From positions 124,001-188,000 of the forward strand of contig CBFFRP010000434.1 of assembly GCA_965644295.1 (NCBI GenBank): DNA of 64,000 nt. Direction: 5' to 3'. A model generated the notes under the pieces. It saw nothing but the letters and a program-made list of their open reading frames with translations, was not told where the DNA came from and did no database searches. Below are positions 1 through 12,300 of the stretch, piece by piece. A program made the position numbers and the translations under genes. Position 1 is the first letter of the stretch, and the number at the start of each line of letters is the position of its first letter. Source of the DNA: Paraphysomonas bandaiensis (lineage: Eukaryota; Protista; Chrysophyceae).

Positions 1-1059
1 GCCACAGCTGCCAATCTGTTAGCTCATGTCGTAGGACTTCAGTGCTCCAACTTTGATTCAAATATGGGGGCTACTTTTGACCTCACAGATCTCGTTAGGT
101 GTGTTGATATTGATTGGCTTTATACGAGTGTCATGTATTTCCAGGACATCCGACGAGCCCAGCTATATGGTAACTGATGGGGATATTCCATGTACTACAG
201 ACGTAAGTTATACATGCGATAATTATACATGCGATAATGATATACACTTCAGGTTGTAGAACAAAACTTCACTTACATGTTCAACATTTGCGGTACTGTG
301 GCGGGTGGTGTTCCCTCTGCTTGCGCAACTCTCACTGGACTGAGCAAGGCCGGAGCACTTCAGATTGACAAAAATATCCTCAGTGACCCATCAGATGACT
401 ACTGTTTCCTTGCGGGTGCTTATGGTGACCAGGCAACTACTCTGGGACTTCTAGATCAAGAGGATCCTACGAAAGGGCTTGCGCTCACTTACTATGGAGC
501 CTACTGTAATAGCCCCGCTGTTCAACGTCGCTTCCGCATCGAGCTCATTTGTGCAGACAAGTTGAATCCTATTCCTACCCATGCACTAGAGTACGAACAT
601 TGCTCCTACACTGTGACAATGCCTTCTGTTTACGGATGTCCATTGGAGTGTCCTGTTGCCAACAGAGAACTCTGCGGAGGCAATGGACACTGTGCATATG
701 ATCAGGACAAAGCTTCCGCTCGGTGCTTCTGTAACCATGGTATACCCCTGTAGTATTAATGTTTAATATATGTAATGTGTACGCACTATGCAGGATACAA
801 GGGTAAGGACTGCAGTACGAAGTCTTCAAGTAGCGGCGACGATCTTAACTACTCCCCAGCACTGTTGGGTCTTATCATCACCCTCTTTGTAATCATTGCC
901 CTGCTGGTAGGCGGCATATTCCTCATGATTCGCCAACTTGCCGCTTACAAAGAAGATATGACAAACTATCAGGTAACTGTTTTCGATAGCTTGGTGTCAT
1001 TGTTATGTACTGACATTTTGTCGTAGGCGTTGAAAGGAGATGAATCTGAAGCAATATAA
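1..1059 (+). CDS. Mannose-6-phosphate-receptor/ATG27-like type I membrane protein with EGF-like domain (5' end outside window; multi-exon)
   Basis: Spliced reading: GATFDLTDL...YMFNICG...EYEHCSYTVTMPSVYGCP (MRH-like), CGGNGHC..CFCNHG/YKGKDC (EGF), TM LLGLIITLFVIIALLVGGIFLMI, tail with YQAL. GT-AG introns near 99, 203, 740 and 973-1026; stop TAA at 1057-1059. Confidence 0.7.
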
Positions 1060-1609
1060 AATGTATTTGTAACGCCTTGACGTCACAGTCGTAATCTAGA
1101 CCCGTTAGTTGAGCATGGGAGCAGTTAGCGCGGTGTTAGTAGTGTTATTGTTCAAATAATGTGCGGTCCTGTACTTCCGTAGTCAAGTTCTGTATAGAAT
1201 TGTATTAGCGGCCGGGCTTTATAATAACTTCTTATTCCTACTATCTGAATTAGGCTCCCACCAATTTTTTACTGTTCTAGCTACTATAAGATATATATAT
1301 CCGCTAGGAATGAACAACATCAATAAAAAGATGAAAAAAAGTACTTTTGTAGAGAATGATTTTATATGTAAGATGAAGACTGCTGAGTACTGCAGTATGA
1401 TGCGCTATGCGATCTGTATTGTGCAATAGAAGTGAGTAAGTAGTGTGCAATACGTAACGGGTGAATATAGTTACAATGAAGTCAATTCAGTTACTAATCT
1501 GTGACTATATAACAAGATATAGGAGTGACTGGTGAACACATGATAAACACATGTGATTGCCAACAGATGTCCAACAGATGTAATATGAAGTTGAAATTAA
1601 TAATACTCT

Positions 1610-2072
1610 AAAAGGTCAGTTGTCTATCTTCTCCAGCCGCTCTATGCGGCAGCCAAACAGCCAAATGATTCAAGACCGCAGTCGCTGGCACGTTACCACA
1701 TCCAAGGGGTCACACGCCAGAACAGTAGAAACACACGACGGAAACCGATGGTGCAACAAGGACACCTAGCTCACCCCACGCGACTACCTCTAACCCCTGC
1801 ACAAGTGGGAAGCACTTGAGATGTTCACCTTAAGGACTCAAAAATCCTGAAGTCAGTAGATGTCAGGTATATCAACATTCCTCTTGATCACTGTGTTTTC
1901 TTTGAGCGATAGAGCGAAAATGGTTGCACCTTGGTGCTTGCGGTGACACACAAGCTACTTTCGTAGCGTTAAATAGTAGAATATCAGAGTTAAGCACTAG
2001 TTAGTTTAGTTGTGATGTTAAATTAGTTTCTGATTCATATACGCCTAATAATAATAAGACCTTCACTACTAA
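1610..2072 (+). mobile_element. Degenerate 3' remnant of the LINE family (C-terminal coding piece plus structured 3' tail)
   Basis: LLQPLYAAAK at ~1628 matches LLQPLYTAAK of the full element; tail motif tggttgcaccttggtgcttgcgg...aaatagtag at 1921-1980; terminal taataagaccttcactact. Confidence 0.75.
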
Positions 2073-2362
2073 TAATTATAATGCCTATGTGCAAGTAAAT
2101 TGTGTGCATTGTGCAACAAAGCAAGGGTAAAGTGTTCGTGATAAGTGTAGAGCAAGCAATGTTAATTTCAGTGTAACATCCAATTCTAACTAAGAGCAAT
2201 TACCCAGTGTTGCTTCTATGACAGGAATATGATCAACACGAACATAACTATCGTATTAAACGATCAATTGTATACACTTATTACTAACTTACAGCGTTAA
2301 CTAATGAAAAATATGTACTGGATTCCAGACGACACATATACAACACGACACACTAGCATCCT

Positions 2363-4008
2363 TCAAATCCAGTCACCTTCGCGCAATTTTCTCGGAAGAA
2401 ACACTTCAGTAATGAATTGAAAACCGAAAGAACTCAATGCCTGCTCACATGCTGAAATTACACATCGGTGAACAATCCCAAGGAAAAATACCTGAATCTC
2501 TGCTTTTTCCCCAGTCTTCAACATTAATTCCAATTCCGCCACCCACTCCGGATTCTTTTGTATAAATGGTTCTTTGAGAAGCTCAGTACCCATTTTTCTG
2601 TCGTGCTCCGTTAAGGGAAGCCGACATTGAGCAGGTAGGTTGTATTTATCAAGGTCAGAAGGACGCACACCTAGCCATTTGATGTCCGGAGTAGTAAGGT
2701 GGTTAGAGTCATATGACATTCCCTTTGAACCGGAGGTGTATACAGAAAGAATCTTAAGGCCGTATGGATCACTGTCAACAAGCGCAAGCACTGGTATACA
2801 CAGCAGATCCCGAATCTGCAGTCAAACCATTACGAAAAAAAAATAAGATGTCAGGAAAATATATACCGCACCTTGCGAAGAAAGAGTCGCGACGCGACAT
2901 CAGGCTGTCCCTTCCCCGTTATAATAATACACGGGTGTTTCTGATAAAACCTATCTTCGGCCAATCGCATATACGCGGCTTCTTTTTCTACCAAAACGAT
3001 AAACTCGGCGTCGCTTGTAATATCCGTGATTTTATCGATATAAGGTGGGATAGCCTTGCCTCCCACACCCATTCTAGACACTTGAAAATCAATATACACC
3101 TCAGAATACTGTAACACACTCAATTGTAGTCAACCACACAACATGAATCACGCAGCACTACGTTATGTGAAGCACCTGGTGCAGTCGATGTAATCTCCCG
3201 CCTCTCTGTACTGAATGCGCCCAACCACGAGACCCTACAAACAGTCATGTGGTTGAAAACTAATACGTCACATAGAATTGGTATACAAAATGTGTAACAT
3301 AAACATACAAGCATGTCCCACATACTGTACACGAACCTTGTCAGAGGCTACGACATGCAGAGATGTTCGGGTGCATCCCACCATGCAAGCGACATCATCG
3401 AGCACTGCATCCGAATCACCCTGCTCTTTGAATAGCTTCACATCGGTATAAAACAGATCACGTTTGGTTATATGAATACCCTTTGAAAGAACCTGAAGGA
3501 TGACAGATTAGCGCAACAAACCGTCAGATCTTCGACAGCTTACCTCATGAACAAGCTGCATCACGCGAGCTGTAATAGCTGTCTTACGAACGTGCGAAGT
3601 ATTCATAAAGGACCGTTTAGACACCTTACTACCCAGTACATTTCTATCCAATTTTTCAATGTATCGCTGATTTCCCTCGCCCCTGTTAGGGACAGTCATC
3701 TCGAAGGTGCCTGTCTCGAGTATCTGACTGACAATAGACATCACCAGTCCCTCTATGTTCTCAATCACAGACGACTCACTGAGTTCTTGTACCTCAATCA
3801 CATCTTCCATAGGTGTGATAGATGCCGCAGTAGCGTGTTGAGTGGACCCTTTCAAGGACTCATTGAGTCTGCGGACCGCATTCAGAGTGCTGTCGGATGA
3901 CTCGGAATCAACTGGACGTTTGCGCTTGCCAGCTGGGGAAGTTCTGCTACTGCTACTGCTCTCTCCAGTCGAGACTTTCGAGGCTGTCTTTCTACTTCGC
4001 GGGGGCAT
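2363..4008 (-). CDS. TOP6A: DNA topoisomerase VI subunit A (SPO11-3/TOP6A type), multi-exon
   Basis: Motifs [14 protein letters not shown] (catalytic Tyr, exon ~3340-3490), [52 protein letters not shown]. These resemble the plant/algal SPO11-3 clade. Confidence 0.88.
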
Positions 4009-4531
4009 TTAAGAGTACGATAATTAGTAATGTGATGCTGGTGTATGTGTATATATGTGTGTGTATGAATCATCAGGGCATCAAGTGCAGATACTGCTGC
4101 TGTACATAGTTCAAGGTATACACTGTATACAGACCGTATACGGTTGTAGGGGATATATATGTATATCGCAAGCTCAGAGTGTGTATGTGCTGCTGTGTCT
4201 TTCATACGCACTCTGCCGTAGGCTGTACCTTGTACCGTGTAGCGTACAGCAGGTACAGCAGGTACAGCAGGTAGAGTAGGTAGAGTAGGTCGGTGTATGT
4301 GATGCTGTCTGTTAAGTAGATACATCAGTATGGAATGCCGGGTCACTAGACATCGCGAACATTGCTAGCCATCATCCTCAATAAATCGCGAATAAACCAG
4401 CGTGCAGGCTCCTCGCGTGTACGTATACATACAGTAGCGGCAGGGTCTATTCATTAGCACCGTATAGATAGATAGATAGATACATATATACATACGTCGA
4501 TTCCTATAGAGAGAGCAGTGTTTTAGAAGAT

Positions 4532-5839
4532 ATGTGGAATCATGTGTTAATCACAGTCGCAGTGGTAGCTATAGCTCATTCGGACACATCTGTACCGCGC
4601 TTTCGTGTTCCTCGCCGACTTGACAGAGCACTCCCGAAGGGTCTCGTGAATCAAACATCAGACGAAGCTGAATATTTAGGCTACCATAAGTGCTATGATG
4701 CGGGCGAAGCATATGGAGCATCTTACCTAATCTCCAAAGAGCATCTTATTCTTCAGAATACGAACTATAGCTTGAATTGGGTCAACTGTGAGATGGCCTC
4801 TTTTATAATGATGCACCAGCGTAACAGGGCCCTTCGAAAGGGCACTCCGGGCACTATAATTCAATCACTGGATGTCCTGGACTTTGCTGCCATCCATCTA
4901 TCTGCTTATGAACGAGTGTTGCGGCGATATGGTAGACTCGTCAAAAAGCAAACTTTTCCAGGGACTGTTGAGGTATGTTGGGTTGTATTGTCTACACTAA
5001 ATGCTCACTTACAATGTATAATGGCGTGTCCAGGTCGTGCGTACAGTAACTCAGACAATGATTAATCGCCGAGACTCAGGGGTATATGTTGATCGATCGA
5101 TACCGGAGCTTAATCGCACACTGGTTGTTATGCCTTTCTTAGGCACCGGAATGGGGAGTGGGCATTCAGTACTTGCGAATCGATATGAGTATCTAAAAGC
5201 TTGCTTTTGGAGTATATACCCTGAAATGCCTCATATTGTAGTGGGAGTCACCAGTCAAGCAGATTATGACTACTGCAGGCATGAGTCAGGGCTGCCCTTC
5301 TATGATGTGATTTACAATCGAAATCTTCCTAAAGGTGCATCGAACCCAGTTAGCACGGTGCAGCAAGTGAAAGCGAGATTCCTTAATGGTACATATGATT
5401 TTGACTACATGTTTTTTACCGAGAGTGATCAAGTTTTGGTAATGCGAGAAGCCCGGCAGTTATACGACATCCTCCAGAATAACCCTCGATACATCATAAT
5501 ACCTCATCGCCTGATGCCATATCCGCACGTGGTAGGTGAAATCTTGTGCCACCTCTGTGCACTAATTTTTGTCACTCATTGATAAAGGTTGTTAAAATGA
5601 GGTTGAAGAGAGGGCTTGTTCGCACTGTTGATCATGATCATGGATGGCGTAATATGAGCTGCTGTATGCAACGGCAAAATTGTCGACACCGCAAAGACTG
5701 GATTCCGCTTCTAAATCCTGCGGTTCCACTGCTCAGCATATATGGCCTCATAACCCCACTTGGAAATTCCAATTTCTTGGACGAAGTGTACCACTCCTGT
5801 TCTATGACTTTGTCGGAAAGGTTGGAGTTCTGTCCGTAA
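4532..5839 (+). CDS. Uncharacterised secreted or membrane-anchored protein (possibly glycosyltransferase-like), 3 exons
   Basis: Hydrophobic N-terminus; three overlapping ORFs joined by GT-AG introns (~4973-5033, ~5532-5587); LVVMPFLG and YMFFTESDQ (DxD-like) segments. Function is speculative. Confidence 0.55.
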
Positions 5840-6356
5840 GATTTCATCGCTTAGGGTCATAAATGTAAAATTTATAGTTGATAGTGAGAAGTTGTACATC
5901 GTAATGAAATGAGCATTGTTCTATTGAAGACTTACTAAGAATGGCATTTGCTCATACCGTAAGTACACCACACACTGGGTAAACCACGCCGTTGCTTATC
6001 AACTGACTAGTGGTCGTCGAAAAAACAACACTACCACAACATTACAGTTTAGATGTCACTCATATGTTAATAAGCATATTCCAAGGTACACAAAACTATT
6101 CGCATATTCCAAGTTTTAAACTAAATCCCCACATCTTACTTCAAACTTCTAACTAGGTATCAACTCATTTTTGCATGTTGCTCTTCCAGCACCTGCTACA
6201 CTTGTTGAACTACAACCAACTCTTACGTGCGTACTTGATATTAGAATATGGATCTTATTCTAGTATATTCAGTATGTCACTTCAAGAATTCTCTGCCCTA
6301 CGATGGCAAATACAGTCCAACATAAAGTTTCACTCTATTAACCAGCTCCAAGCCCA

Positions 6357-9300
6357 ATGTCTCTATTGAGACTGTGGCTGAGTCACATCAGTGTGCCCAG
6401 GGCCTTTTACACTCCCTTACTGCTGCATTTTGTTGACCACCACGCTTCCGACAAATTACCTGTCACACCATGTTGTACACGCTCCAAGCCCCCCTGCCTG
6501 GCCTTGCAACCTTCACCCTACTCAACTACTTCAGTTAAACCACGTGCCTGCACCAATGCAGCGCTGACCGCACCTACGTGCTATCCCCTCAGCAGACAAC
6601 TTCGTCTCACCCATCGCTTTCTACGGCTACAACCTCTCAGAACATGGCTCGTGCGAGCAGGCTCACGAAAACGACCCCCATGGACCCCCTATGCAATCAC
6701 TGAATACTCTCGATCCCTCTCAACTGTGCAACAGGGCTGCCTTCTGCCGCCCACTCAACCCAACCCAACATGGTTTGTCTGTGGTCCATCCACCCAGCAG
6801 GCTACCCCCTCACCCTGTTCACCTATCACCCCCACAGCCCATCCATCTCATTGGATAGACACTGTATTCCGCATACGGTATACTCGACTACTGTACTACT
6901 GTGTCCTACAGGATGTATACCATTCCGTGTATACCTCTACTGCTGTTGGACACATCACCATGTCCATGTACCTGTCTACCTGTACTGTTAGACACATCAC
7001 CATGTCCATGTACCTGTCTACCTGTACTGTTGGACACATCACCATGTCCATGTACCTGTCTACCTGTACTGTTGGACACATCACCAGCTCTCTCTCACTG
7101 TCCAACACACTCATAACACCACTGCAGTGTCATACACACACACAGTACACTCTACCTCCTCCTAGAAAACCCCCAGACAAACTATCGCCTCTCCCTTACT
7201 GGGCGTACTGGTCCACCCACTATTCCTCCTTCCTTCCACAAACTCAATTCCTTCCATCTTATGATGTGTTTTGCTCCAACGATCACTTCTTCCTGGACAC
7301 CAAATACCCGGTGGAGTTGGAACTACACGCGCTACTCGAGAGAATTCCTGACCTCGTCATCATGCGTCTCCAAAATGTGTTGCAATGTCATTCCAAGGGA
7401 ATGCAAGGAGTCCACCGTGCCAGGTCCATCAACCATCCCTCCCACGCCCTTCAGGGGAAGGAATTCTCCTCCGATAACAGCGGTGACGGACCCAGCAAAT
7501 CCACCCACACATTACCCTTACCCACTAAGGATGCCACCACACCGTATGCAACGTTATTTGACTATTTCCCAGTCAAACGGAAGCCACCTACCACCAACCT
7601 TACTCAACTGAACACCATGGGAACTCCAGCATTAGCCCCAGACGGCCCATCCTCACTCTCCACTACCACTCCTGACCTCAGGCCGGATGTACTGCCCAAG
7701 GATATTGCCACATACCCCCTACACTACACAGAGGGCCGGGGTCACACGCCCTTTCACTCCGATCTGCTGAACAACTGGGTTAGATATGATGAAACCCAAA
7801 CCATTGCTGCCTCCCCACAGGGAAACCTTTTAAAAGAAATATACGCACACATGCTATCCCCTGCCTGTTTAGACATATGGGAAGGATTCATAGCCAAGGC
7901 TTCCAGGACGGACAACTATGATCTCATGATATCATTCACGCTACCAGAGCACAAATTGGACACCACGCACAGCGCCCTACTAGTTGCCCAGCATCTCGCG
8001 AATGGCAACAAACCCTGGGCAGACTCCACTCATGTTGTATCTAGGCATGTGCGGACCCTTTGCCTGACAAAGGGTATTCCCTCAACAGCCACTGTCACTC
8101 TCCGTAAGACACTTATGCAATATGAATCCTCGAATCCACACACAGGACTACATCTAGACACGGAGGATTTCCAACTGCTACTCGATCTTCTCTCCATACC
8201 ATACAGACTATGGGACGCTGTTCAACCGCACCTGGCGCCTGGTTGGGCACAGCTATCACCATTCTCCAGACAGGCACTAACAGTGCACGCTTCTACCAAC
8301 ACTGTGGTAACCCATGACATCATACGCAGCCAGCATGGGTTTCACATACTAAATGCAACAAATATCCCCACCTCCATCATGCACGCTCTAACACGAACTC
8401 AGGAGCGGCTATCCTGTTTTCTACAACACCAGACCTCCAGACAGAGCACCAACATCATCTGGACTTCTGAACCGTCAACTGTACCATCTATGCTACATGA
8501 GCAAAGAGAGCAACAGGAACAGAGGGAAGTAATTGCAGTCTCCTTGTCACCGAGAGCTCGACGTCAACTACGGCAGATGAACCCCACGGACCGTCGACAA
8601 CTCAGGCTCCATATGTGCGACATGAGCAGAGTCTATCGCCTCACCCTCAGACCCTCAGCCCTTCGCACACAACAACATATCCCAAGTGATGGATACTGCG
8701 CATACAGCACACTCTATCATCTGCACATTCTTGCTTCAAGCAGGCCACACACTCGCTCCTGTCTGAAATTAGACCTCAAACAACGCAAGGACCGTCACAC
8801 GCTAGCATCTTTTATAAATACATTAGGCACCCAAGCGTTCGACACAATGCAACGGGAGTGCATGGCCCATCACACACTTCAGCCACTACGACATAAGTTG
8901 GATCACGCACAGGCCGCACTTTTAATACCTGCCAAAACAACATACACTACGGAGGACGACATAACTCACTGGCTCTCAGTGCGAGAGGTACACCTTTTAG
9001 CCTCTACTATCAACCCCTGCACGACGTGGGCGCAAAATGGTAATTATCTCAGCATTGTAGGTATCCCTACTGACAAAGTAGCTTATAACATCGCATGGAA
9101 GGTGGAGGAACTTAGGAACGCTATTCGTGATAACTACTACCATGTCATACTACAAGATGCTCACTACTTCCTCTTAGACCCTGCCGGTCTTTCTACTGCC
9201 CTAGACAACGCCCTACTATCTCTTGAAAACACCTTGGCCACCAGTATACTCTCAACGTCTGACCCCATCGCTCCACCTACACTTCCCGCGGACTCAATCA

Positions 9301-12300
9301 CGAACAACAATAGGACATCAAAGACGACCAGCACCAGAACAACCTCGTCCAGCAGCACCAAGCCAGCACGAACAAATCGACAGATTCTGCAGGCTTCAAC
9401 CCCTGGAGCACTACCATCGCACAAGAAGATGCAGTTGAAACACGCCCAAACTGCGTTGACAAGTCGATGCCAGCCAACCCGGAAAGCCAAAAAGGTCGTA
9501 AATTACGATGAAAGTGACCAACCAACGAACCTTCACAACTCACACCAATCCACGACCACACGAACGATCAGACCAACTCCAGCACTTGATACCACCAGCT
9601 GGGACAAGGACTGGTCAAGAAAGTTCTACATTGCGTACGCCGATAACACTGCCAAAGGACTATCCCTTTATGCGAAGAACACATTCCCAGCAGACGTCAT
9701 CATTGCTGAGTACAAAGGCAAACGCTATCCACTAACAAAGCTGAGTCAGTCTGCAAGGCGTTCTGATTACATAGTTCAAGACAGTACGGGTACCTTCGCA
9801 ATAGATGGCTTTGACCAAGTCCGACAATGTGTAACATGCGAAGCTGGGTATATTAATGTCCCGGTAGCCACAAACATGGCTAATGTCAAGTTTGTCACGA
9901 AAAATAAACGCCTCTATGTCCGTACAATACGTCCCATTGCTAAGGATGAAGAACTTCTCATCAACTACGGGCATCATTACTGGTGTGATCAACGCTGGCC
10001 ACTTGAGATATTAATCCAAGCCAGGGCTGCGTACGACAGCGACATAGGCGGTGCCAATAAAGCAGTATGGGACAGACTCCTTGCAGACAAGAGTGGAACT
10101 CCTACAGAGACCTCCAGCAGCATCCCCAAGGCTCCCTCGGGAGCAGCCATGGGACTCCGACTCTCCACATGGAACACAAATGGCAATCCGGCATCTCACA
10201 CAGGCAAAGTCCAAGCTATCATCCGACACTTTAAGCGGCAAAAATTGGACGTGCTCCTATTACAGGATGTCCGTCTAACAGAAACTCAGGCCAACTTCTT
10301 CACACGTATCATAGAAGATGCAATCCAGGGATCAAGAATATGCCTCTTCCTCAGCAAGCAGCCAAAACTGACTTCAAGAGACCCACTAATGGGGGGTACA
10401 GTAGTCATAATCAGCGAATACTGGAAGCGCCGTCTCGCCTTCACAAAGGCTGACTTTACGGGACTTGGTTTAGTGAGCCGACTAGAGTTCAAAACGTCGG
10501 TGGCGCACACCCTAGTACTAATAAGCGTCTATCTACCCCCGAAGCCATCCACGCCAGGCTCTTGCACATTATGGAGCAAATTGACCAAGCTAGGGAGAGC
10601 GTCCCGTGGTATCTGTACTGCTGACCCCTACAAGCTCCTATGCAACATCCTTACGAAATGGGTCACTAAAGCCAGAGCCAAGGACCATACTGTCATTGTC
10701 GCCGGCGACTTCAATGGCTCCATGGAGACGAATCCGAAAGGCAGAGACATACGACCACTTGCCGACAAACTCCAACTGGCTGCACCACTCCATGAGCTTC
10801 TCCTACCCAGGAAAACATATCATACCTTCCACAGATTAGACAAAGGAATATCGCGGATCGATCATATTCTACACACGCCGTTACTTCCGAACATGTCTGT
10901 TACGGACACTGGCTGCCTTGACTCCCCCTCACTACTCGCAGCAGCCTTCGATCATCGACCGGTCTGGGTCGGTTTCACTGTACCAGTCAATCTTGACCCT
11001 CGACCACCTGAGTCGCACCTCCGAATCCCCCCCCGTCTCAATGTAAACCCGAAGGACTCCAAGGAAGTACAGGCATACACCGCAAGACTCCTCCAACTTC
11101 ATGCACAACTACCACATTTAGACAACGGATCGTCTGCCATACTCCCTCCTGAGGTGGCAGCCAACAGACTAGCGGCCATCCATCACATAACCCTCCAGGC
11201 TTCGCTTGAAGCGAAGCGTCCTGCATGTACTTATAGCACACGACTACACGAACGTTGTCAGCGCAAACGCTCAAAGTTCAAGAATGGCTTTTCCCCGGAA
11301 ATGAGAGTAATACAGGAAGGAATGATCATGGTTTTGCGGATTATCCAAAAGATGTTCAATTCTGCCGGATACAAACGGCATGGATGGCGCGGCCCCGGCA
11401 ACCACCCCCACCCACGAAATCATCACTGCATGGTTCATCCGATGGGACTCCTATCTCAGGAGTTCTCAGGGTCACATCAAAGGCATATCAGACATCAACT
11501 TCTGGTGCAGCCATCGCAACGCGGACCCACGAGTAATCCTGGGTTGGAACGAAAAGCAAGCCACCAAGAAAAACCTTCTCCGAATTGCCTTGCGACTGAG
11601 AGGACTTCTTCATGGAAGAGCCAGGACAGAAATGCGGACTAGACTCACGGCTCGCACCAATCAGATGGAGGCACTGCTACAGCAGAAAAGACTTCAAGCA
11701 ATTCTTCAGAAAATTGGTCTCAAGGTCAAAACACCACTCCGACTTACCACGGTGAAAACAACTGACGGACACATCCTCACAACACCGCAAGACATTCATG
11801 AAGGCATTAATGCGCACTTCCGTGAACATCATGCCAAACCTCCTGGACTTGACCCTGTAGCACAACAGCTCCAGGATGACCCTACATGGTGGAAATCCCT
11901 TCTTGATCCGGGCTCAGCGACATGCCAGGAACCACTCCACCCCCGCTCGAAAATCCCTCTTCCCCTGCAACTGGGGTTACGACGGGCCCTTTGTACCAAG
12001 ACCACTCCGGCCATGGCAGCCACACTCAAATCTACTCTTGCAAAAGACATCACCCAGGATGAATTCTACTGCACACTTCACTCTCTCTCCTTCAACCGCG
12101 CGCCTGGACCCTCAATGGTCTCCTCCAACATGGTCAAATCCTGGCCACCGGTAGTTCAGCGAGAGGCTTACATCCTCACCAGATCTCTCTGGAAACATAA
12201 ACATGTGCCCATTTGGTGGAGAGACAGGGTAATGTCTCCCATTCTCAAGAAACCAGGAGAATCCTCCCTCACTAATCTCCGACCGATTGGTCTGCTTGAA

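Noticed and set aside
2363-4008. Meiotic SPO11 as evidence of sex
   Set aside because: Motifs fit the non-meiotic TOP6A/SPO11-3 paralogue better; a tree is needed to be sure.
6945-7087. 42-bp repeats as a CRISPR-like array
   Set aside because: Head-to-tail units with no spacers, eukaryotic context, no cas genes.
9621-9983. SET region as a host gene lying next to a LINE
   Set aside because: It is intronless, in frame with APE, has the element's base skew and lies inside the TSDs.
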